64,000 nt of DNA, from positions 19,861 through 83,860 of the forward strand of contig CAKSEL010000010.1 of NCBI GenBank assembly GCA_934446675.1, given 5' to 3'. Within the stretch, counting starts at the first letter, position 1. Each line of letters opens with the position of its first letter. The DNA comes from an uncultured Eubacteriales bacterium. Its GTDB lineage: Bacteria > Bacillota > Clostridia > Oscillospirales > CAG-382. The notes under the pieces are model-generated. The model made no database searches. It worked only from the letters and a program-made list of their open reading frames with translations, and was not told where the DNA came from. Of this stretch, positions 1 through 7,492 are shown piece after piece. A program made the translations under genes and the position numbers.

Positions 1-660
1 ATTCTCCAACTTTTCGACGGCGAAAAAGTTGCACTCTACTAAAGAGCGTAAACAAAAGCCGTTCGCGGCTCAGACGCCGCCGCGAAAGCGTGGCTACGGG
101 AGGATTTCACTCTAAAGAGTGTAAACGCCTACCGCAACTAACTACCCCTCCGAAATTTCAAAAACTCTCGTTTTGCACTTGTCCACATTGCTGTGTTGCG
201 AAATCGCCGCGCGACAGGCGCGCGGATATGGGGTTCTGTACGAAGTCAAACCATTTTGGAAAAAGTGTTATTTTTTATATTCTCCGACAGTCAACAGGAC
301 TCGCTTTTCTGCTCAGCTCGCTTACGCGAGATGACTTTTACAAATGTTAGTTTTTTGTTTCACGGGCGCGGAGTGAAAAATTCGGTTCTGTTTCGCCGGT
401 GCAAAGTTAAATACCGCATAAATTTCGGTTTCTGCGAAACAATTTCACTCACCAAAGTTCCCCATAGCACACAGTTTCCATAGTTTACTCACGCACCTGT
501 TTACATCTGAGTCAGCCGCCTGCCTTTTGGTGGCTGACGGTACAAGCTGGCGGCAGAGAGTATCCCGTAGCCTTTTCCTTATTTAAGGGCTTACTTGTTT
601 TTCTTTGCAGCTTTCTTTTTAAAAAGAAAGCGCGTATTCTTTTTCGGCGTAGTTGTATCT
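1..660 (-). repeat. Mosaic intergenic repeat, copy 1 (minus orientation, cut by window edge)
   Basis: The reverse complement aligns module-for-module with 4682-5348. Modules: A palindrome 610-631, hairpin B allele iii 511-538, hairpin C 317-330, hairpin D 207-225, hairpin E 62-86, F-variant hairpin 8-30. Its 5' end lies just after the stop (679-681) of the minus-strand M23 gene. Confidence 0.9.
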
Positions 661-678
661 ATGTTTCACGTGAAACAT

Positions 679-2943
679 TTACCAGTTTTCGGGGAGATAA
701 TCATAAGGATTTTGGACAGAGCCGTTAACAATGATTTCAAAGTGGACATGGACGCCGGTAGCCATACCGGTTTTTCCCATAGCGGCGATAACTTCGCCCT
801 GTGCGACCTTTTGACCGACTTCGACATAGAGTTCGGAGTTGTGTGCGTAACGGGTTTTTGTGCCGTCGTCGTGCCTTATTACAATACACTCGCCGTAGCC
901 CGACTTGTCATGCCCGGAGAATATTACTTCGCCGCCGTCGGCTGCCACGATGTCGTCGCCGAGATTACCGCAGATGTCAATTCCCTTGTGGAACTCGTTG
1001 CTCGAGCCGTTAAGTCTCCAGCCGTATCCGCTTGAAACCTTGTCGCCGGAATGCGGCCAGATGTAATACCCCTTGGACGCAACGCGCTTTTCCTCCTCGC
1101 TCATCGGACGCGTGCCGACATTGATAACCTCGGTAATCGGCTCGGAAATAACCCTTTCGGAAATCAGCGTACGTTTGACCTCGTTGCCGCCGACATATCC
1201 TACGCTGTAAGTAAGCTCCTTGCTGCCGTTCACACCTTTGGTTATCACCTTGGTTCTGCCTTCGACAAGATCGGGATCTTCTATGCTCTGCTTTTCGTAT
1301 TCAATAGGCGCGGTCTCTGTTTCGGTCTGCTCTATTACAACGTCAAGTACAGCCGAATTCCGGGCACTTGTATTCGAGTAAAGCGACACCGAGTTGTCAA
1401 GATCCGTCATGTACGCCGGGACGTTGTTCTGATCTTCAGACGGCATACTGAACACTACCGCACCGCCGTTTTCAGCAGGATTTCCGTCCTGTTCGGATAG
1501 CTCATGTCGGTATTGCTCGCCGTCCTCGCTCACAAACGTGTCATACCTCTGCTCGCTGAAATACGCAAGATCCGAGTTTGACGCCGCCGCCAGTCCAAAC
1601 ATTCCGCGAAGTTCCGCAAGCGTGAACATCATTGCCTTGGGATACGTGCCGGCATTTACGGTAATATTATTATAATATGCAACATTGTCCGCATCTATCC
1701 CGCTTTTTTTCAAAACCGCGCGTTTATTTTCAAGGCTGTCCGCAACCGCCGAATCTATCCACGACTTGTACGGCACGGCACCCGTAAGAGCACCGTCAAT
1801 GTAAAGTCCGTAGCCTTCGACCATATCTTCAAGCGCACACTTTTCAAATACGCCGTTCAAATCCTTCTGACTCAGGACCTCTCCCGATTCTCCGGCGACT
1901 GTCGGCACATACTTCAGCGTCGTGTCAAGCCTGTACGACCGCCCGAGGTTGAGCGACATACTCTCATTGAATACATTTTCCGCCGTTTCCACCTGTGCTA
2001 TACTCGAAACAAGTCCTGCATAATCGCCGTCGACATATAGTTCAAACATCGGCGAGAGTTTCATCGCGTCGCCCACCGACAGTGCGCACATTACAAGGCA
2101 CGCCGCCGACGCACCGTACAGCACGGTATATCCGACTGCTTTGCCGATAGATTTTACCGCCACATGGCTGTATTCAAAATTCCTCCAAAGAGACTTTTTA
2201 ATTCTCGTCTCGGCTCGCGTCACCTTGTGCAGTATAAAGTGTCCCGCTCTCTGAAACGCCGGTACGAGATCCAGCGCCGCAACCGCAACAGACCACTTGT
2301 TGTGCCGCCAAAGCGCACTCGCGTTTTTGTACCACATTCCCGGGTGAGCATATATGTTTTTGAACTTGCCTTTTACCGGCGCTCCCGACGAGTAATATTT
2401 GTCATTGCAATACAGATACGCCGCATTGTACCAGCTTTCCAACGCCGACAGCTTGTTCTCGCGAAATCTCTTATACAGTTCTCCGAATGTCGGCGCAGCG
2501 CTGTTATCCACCGTCTTTTCTTCGACGTTTCCGTCCGCCGAACCGTCATTTCCGAGATCGTATACCCTGTATTCGTAATTATCAAGCTTTGCTTTTTTGC
2601 TTATTCTCTCTGCGTCGCGTTTTCTGCGTTCAAGATGTTCCTTTTCGCGCATTGCACGGCGTTCGGCAGCCTTTTCGGCGTCATCTTTTATTCTGTGCGT
2701 ATGTTTTACGGATCTATCCGCCTTATTATTGACGCCGTTCCCTGTTTTTCCAGACGTTCCGGATTTTTCCGCATATCCGCCGGCACCGTTTTCGCTGACA
2801 TTCGCGATTGTTTCACGTGAAACATTGCTTTTGCCGTGTTCGGCACCATAAAGAACATTTGTTCTGCACTCGGAATTCCGTTCCGTATCCGTTTTGCTTA
2901 TATTGGTTTCCGGATTTCTCAAATAATCTTCTCCTTTCCGCAC
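679..2943 (-). CDS. M23-family metallopeptidase with G5-like domain and one TM helix
   Basis: 754-aa ORF. C-terminal M23 signature (FHKGIDI ... GVHVHFEI), G5-like segment (TKVITKGVNGSKELTYSVGYVGGNEVKR) and a hydrophobic helix (AVGYTVLYGASAACLVMCALSV). The start is uncertain: the N-terminus is long, basic and low-complexity, and a 16-bp palindrome lies inside the 5' codons. Confidence 0.85.
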   Translation of the reverse strand: MRKGEDYLRNPETNISKTDTERNSECRTNVLYGAEHGKSNVSRETIANVSENGAGGYAEKSGTSGKTGNGVNNKADRSVKHTHRIKDDAEKAAERRAMREKEHLERRKRDAERISKKAKLDNYEYRVYDLGNDGSADGNVEEKTVDNSAAPTFGELYKRFRENKLSALESWYNAAYLYCNDKYYSSGAPVKGKFKNIYAHPGMWYKNASALWRHNKWSVAVAALDLVPAFQRAGHFILHKVTRAETRIKKSLWRNFEYSHVAVKSIGKAVGYTVLYGASAACLVMCALSVGDAMKLSPMFELYVDGDYAGLVSSIAQVETAENVFNESMSLNLGRSYRLDTTLKYVPTVAGESGEVLSQKDLNGVFEKCALEDMVEGYGLYIDGALTGAVPYKSWIDSAVADSLENKRAVLKKSGIDADNVAYYNNITVNAGTYPKAMMFTLAELRGMFGLAAASNSDLAYFSEQRYDTFVSEDGEQYRHELSEQDGNPAENGGAVVFSMPSEDQNNVPAYMTDLDNSVSLYSNTSARNSAVLDVVIEQTETETAPIEYEKQSIEDPDLVEGRTKVITKGVNGSKELTYSVGYVGGNEVKRTLISERVISEPITEVINVGTRPMSEEEKRVASKGYYIWPHSGDKVSSGYGWRLNGSSNEFHKGIDICGNLGDDIVAADGGEVIFSGHDKSGYGECIVIRHDDGTKTRYAHNSELYVEVGQKVAQGEVIAAMGKTGMATGVHVHFEIIVNGSVQNPYDYLPENW

Positions 2944-3137
2944 CGCGGCAAATAAAATGCGCGGAGCATAAGAATACTATTATACAATTATATATTATAC
3001 ACGCTTTTTTCAAATAAATCAAGTGGCAGAATATGTACGCGGCGTGTGCTGCGTGTGACAGGGACGGACAAAGTTTGAATAAAGTTCCGGGATAATTTTA
3101 AAAGTCGTGCCCGGCACGCGTATTTTCGCGGTTATAC

Positions 3138-3166
3138 TTGACTTTGGCGCAATAATTGTGTATAAT
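3138..3166 (+). promoter_or_regulatory. Sigma-A-type promoter candidate for guaB
   Basis: TTGACT (3138-3143), a 17-nt spacer ending in TGTG, then TATAAT (3161-3166), about 40 nt upstream of the guaB ATG. Confidence 0.6.
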
Positions 3167-3187
3167 AAAATGTAAAAATATACATGA

Positions 3188-4681
<1,494 letters not shown>

Positions 4682-4699
4682 GGGTACGCAAGAATACGC

Positions 4700-4721
4700 G
4701 CTTTCTTTTTAAAAAGAAAGC
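4700..4721 (+). other. Module A: 22-bp perfect palindrome GCTTTCTTTTTAAAAAGAAAGC
   Basis: Identical palindrome at 610-631, 17386-17407, 20539-20560, 22735-22756, 27601-27622, 31915-31936, 43055-43076, 46036-46057 and 52732-52753. It is always followed by TGCAAAGAAAAC. Confidence 0.95.
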
Positions 4722-4789
4722 TGCAAAGAAAACGGTAGCCCTTAATTTAGAAAAAGGCTATGGGATACTCCCTGCCGCCAGCTTGTTCC

Positions 4790-4818
4790 GTCCGCAGTCA
4801 AACAGCAGGACTGCGGAC
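4790..4818 (+). other. Module B hairpin (allele i): GTCCGCAGTC-N9-GACTGCGGAC
   Basis: Perfect 10-bp inverted repeat. The same position in other copies carries allele ii or iii (see findings). Confidence 0.9.
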
Positions 4819-4934
4819 TAAGATTATAAATAATGTGCCGAAGTAAACTATGGAAATTCAGTACAAAGGGTTGCTTTGGAAAGTGAAATTACTTTGCACC
4901 ACCCAAACAACAAACTAACATTTGTAAAAGTCAT

Positions 4935-4948
4935 CTCGCGTAAGCGAG
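4935..4948 (+). other. Module C hairpin: CTCGC-GTAA-GCGAG (GNRA-type loop)
   Basis: 5-bp stem with a GTAA loop, flanked by conserved AAAGTCAT and CTGGGCAGAAAA. Confidence 0.85.
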
Positions 4949-5040
4949 CTGGGCAGAAAAGTGAGTCCTGTTGACTGCGTGATTATATAGAAAATAACAC
5001 TTGCGCCGAATTGGGTTTAACTTCGTACAGAACCCCATAT

Positions 5041-5059
5041 CCGCGCGCCTGTCGCGCGG
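5041..5059 (+). other. Module D hairpin (allele a): CCGCGCG-CCTGT-CGCGCGG
   Basis: 7-bp all-GC stem between conserved CCCCAT and CGATTT. Confidence 0.85.
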
Positions 5060-5179
5060 CGATTTCGCGGCACAGTTTCAGGGACATTGCGAAACGAGGA
5101 TTTTTGAGCTTTCGGGGGCGTATTTGGTTTCGGTGCGCGTTTACACTCTTTAGAGTGAAATCCTCCACGTAGCCGCGCT

Positions 5180-5204
5180 TTCGCTGCGGCGTTTGAGCGG
5201 CGAA
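5180..5204 (+). other. Module E hairpin: TTCGCTGC-GGCGTTTGA-GCGGCGAA, followed by a T-rich tract
   Basis: 8-bp stem with one U.G pair. It is followed by AAAATCTTTTGTTT, which makes it the most terminator-like hairpin inside the element. Confidence 0.8.
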
Positions 5205-5231
5205 AATCTTTTGTTTACACTCTTTAGAGCG

Positions 5232-5256
5232 CGACTTTTTCGATTCCGAAAAGTCG
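5232..5256 (+). other. Module F hairpin: CGACTTTTTCG-ATTC-CGAAAAGTCG (start of a Z unit)
   Basis: The core CTTTTCGATTCCGAAAAG recurs about 19 times in the window (by eye), always followed by GAATAGAGTTGCACATGGAAGTGAAT..CCGTTTCCGCCC or a variant. Confidence 0.9.
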
Positions 5257-5348
5257 GTGTATAGACTTGCACATAGCAGTGAATTATCTCTTTCCGCCCA
5301 AAACAGGCAACAATCACTCCCCCAATGTAGAAGAAAGGAGCAGAACAC

Positions 5349-6719
5349 ATGAAAAAATACCTCAAAAAAATACTCCCCGTACTGTGCTCTGCACTTGTTC
5401 TCTGCGTAAATTTCACGTCCTACGCGTCCTATAATGACGAACGCTTTGAGATATACGTCAATATGAATAATAAGGTCACAAATTCGTATGTCGTGCCTAA
5501 TCTCTACCGCCAGGACGCAGCATATACCTATGTAAAAAGCTTTCCTCTCGTAGTAAGCGGCGGCGTGGAATATGTCCCTATAACCGAGTTCTCGCTCTTT
5601 TACTATATAACCGTAACGTATAGTAAAATCAATGATAATTTCTATATGACAAATACTAAAACCGGTTCGTATCTGTCTTTCGACGTTGAAAATAATATAG
5701 CCGAGTCAAATGACGGCGTTATAACCTCCATGAAAACCAAGCTGTATTATAAAACAAGATATATCCCGGCACGCGACGTTGCGGATATTCTCGGACTTGA
5801 GTGCGAAAGCTATGACGATAACTCGTCGGGTATATACGCTTTCCGCGTAAAGGATTCAAGCGCCGAGCTTTCGTTTGACGCTTTGCTTGAAAAGTATATC
5901 CCGCCTAAAAAACGCGAACTTCCCGATATACCTCTGCCCGAAATCAAATATCCCGACGACGGTAAAAATAATCCCGACGGTAATGATAATAAGGGTAACG
6001 GTTCCGATAATCCGGACGGCTCGAATACAGACTCCGGAAAGCAAGATCCCGATAACGGTAAGAATAATCCGCAGCCCGAACCGGAAGACCCGTATAAGGA
6101 TATAGCCCCGAGACAGATGTTTTTCGTTTATACCGATTTTAACGCCGATTGCGCTTCCGATATAGTAAAACGGTTCTCTTCTTATTCGGAAAACTGTACC
6201 TTTGCCATGACGGAACAGGATATAAAGGATAACCCGGATTTTGTAAGACTTGCCGTGGTGAACCAAAACGGTATCGCACTTGCGGCAGATGATGTGAATA
6301 CCGACGGTACGATAACGGATTCAAAACAGCTCGCAAATGAGCTTGCGGATAAATACGATAAAGCAAATGACGCGCTGTACGCCGCACTTAAACAAAAAAT
6401 AAGACTGTGCGTTGTTCCGGACGGGGTTCTGGCAGCGGCGGATAACGCAGATACACTGTATAATGAGCTTAAAGCGCGCGGATATGCCGCGGTAAAGTTC
6501 AACTGTACCTCTCCCGAAAATTATAACAGAGCCTATAACGTGCTTTCCTCGGTAAGACGTGTAATAACGTCGTATTTTCCTAAGAATACCGCGCAGAAAC
6601 CGGTTCTGAAACTCAGCATGAGCGATAACAGCGCATATTATACCGGACTTGTTCTCGGATTTATGAATGATTACGAGCAGTTTACGACCGGCATACCCGA
6701 TGAAACAATGTTCGGCTGA
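5349..6719 (+). CDS. Secreted hypothetical protein with D/N/G/P-rich linker
   Basis: 456-aa ORF with an N-terminal signal-like segment (MKKYLKKILPVLCSALVLCVNFTSYA) and a low-complexity stretch (PDDGKNNPDGNDNKGNGSDNPDGSNTDSGKQDPDNGKNNPQPEPEDP). SD AAGGAG lies 8 nt upstream. Confidence 0.7.
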   Translation: MKKYLKKILPVLCSALVLCVNFTSYASYNDERFEIYVNMNNKVTNSYVVPNLYRQDAAYTYVKSFPLVVSGGVEYVPITEFSLFYYITVTYSKINDNFYMTNTKTGSYLSFDVENNIAESNDGVITSMKTKLYYKTRYIPARDVADILGLECESYDDNSSGIYAFRVKDSSAELSFDALLEKYIPPKKRELPDIPLPEIKYPDDGKNNPDGNDNKGNGSDNPDGSNTDSGKQDPDNGKNNPQPEPEDPYKDIAPRQMFFVYTDFNADCASDIVKRFSSYSENCTFAMTEQDIKDNPDFVRLAVVNQNGIALAADDVNTDGTITDSKQLANELADKYDKANDALYAALKQKIRLCVVPDGVLAAADNADTLYNELKARGYAAVKFNCTSPENYNRAYNVLSSVRRVITSYFPKNTAQKPVLKLSMSDNSAYYTGLVLGFMNDYEQFTTGIPDETMFG

Positions 6720-6748
6720 AAATATCCGAAAGGAGCTTTTGAATAAAA

Positions 6749-7465
6749 GTGGAACAGAGAAAAAAACGTATTCTTATCGTCGAAGATGAAAGAGATATAT
6801 CGGAAATTCTCATGTATAATATAAAAAAGCAGGGGTTCGACGCCGACGCCGCGTTTGACGGCGAAAAGGGACTGGCTCTTGCGCTTTCGGGCAGCTATGA
6901 CCTTATATTGCTCGACGTAATGCTGCCGAAAATGGACGGCTTTGAAATATGCCGCAGGGTGCGTATGCGCCTCGATACGCCGATAATCATGCTTACGGCA
7001 AGAGAAGAAGAAAACGATAAGATAATGGGGCTGGATCTCGGCGCCGACGATTATATGACAAAGCCCTTCAGTCTCGGCGAGCTTACCTCCAGAATAAAAG
7101 CCAATATAAGACGTTATTCCGGCGAGGCGGTAGTGAGAAATACGGAAGATGACAGCGAAGACAGATTTATAAAAATAGAAGATCTCGAAATAGATACCGC
7201 AAGCTTTTCGGTAAAGAAAGGCGAACGTGATATCTCCCTCTCAAAGCAGCAGTATGAGCTTTTGCTGTTTCTGGCAAAGAACCGCGGCAAGAAGTTCAGA
7301 CAGGAGGCTCTTCTGGAGCAGGTCTGGGGATATGACGACGGCTTTTACGGCGATGTCAGAACCGTAGACGTAACCGTTGCAAGGCTCAGAAAACAAATAG
7401 AGGATAACCCGTCCGAACCAAAGATAATCAAGAATAAACGCGGTCTCGGCTACTATATCGACTGA
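6749..7465 (+). CDS. OmpR/PhoB-family response regulator
   Basis: Receiver motifs (ILIVEDE, LLDVMLPKMDGF) and a C-terminal winged helix (RTVDVTVARLRKQIE). GTG start. Confidence 0.93.
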   Translation: MEQRKKRILIVEDERDISEILMYNIKKQGFDADAAFDGEKGLALALSGSYDLILLDVMLPKMDGFEICRRVRMRLDTPIIMLTAREEENDKIMGLDLGADDYMTKPFSLGELTSRIKANIRRYSGEAVVRNTEDDSEDRFIKIEDLEIDTASFSVKKGERDISLSKQQYELLLFLAKNRGKKFRQEALLEQVWGYDDGFYGDVRTVDVTVARLRKQIEDNPSEPKIIKNKRGLGYYID

Positions 7466-7492
7466 AAATAAATCGGATAAGAGAAGTAAAAA

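Larger units (their letters stand above)
4682..5348 (+). repeat. Mosaic intergenic repeat, copy 2 (reference full-length copy, 667 bp)
   Basis: Fills the whole guaB-to-next-gene spacer. Module order: TACG decamers, A palindrome, B, P3, C, D, S1 spacer, E, F/Z, then SD AAGGAG (5335-5340) and ATG 5349. Confidence 0.95.

Noticed and set aside
4700-4721. The module A palindrome as the intrinsic terminator of the upstream gene.
   Set aside because: The stem is almost entirely A/U (only 3 G-C pairs), there is effectively no loop, and it is followed by GCTGCAAAG rather than a U-tract. Hairpin E is a better terminator candidate.
5262-5299. A sigma-70 or sigma-54 promoter in the Z core (TTGCAC ... 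GTGAAT).
   Set aside because: No TATAAT-like hexamer lies 16-18 nt after TTGCAC. The best TANNNT (TAGAGT) has no acceptable -35. There is no TGGCAC-N5-TTGCA arrangement on either strand.
4682-5348. Integron-like gene cassettes with attC sites, suggested by a polar imperfect-palindrome element after each gene.
   Set aside because: The flanked genes are core housekeeping genes (guaB, dnaN, polA, prfA...). The elements are 0.4-1.1 kb rather than ~60-140 bp, no intI or attI is present, and there is no R''/L'' type core-site symmetry.
4682-5348. A known large or housekeeping ncRNA (OLE, ROOL, GOLLD, tmRNA, RNase P, 6S, SRP) or a riboswitch.
   Set aside because: Fourteen copies in 64 kb, modular shuffling and variable length do not fit single-copy ncRNA genes, and I recognise none of their signature motifs. 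I could not run Rfam, so this is a judgement and not a search result.
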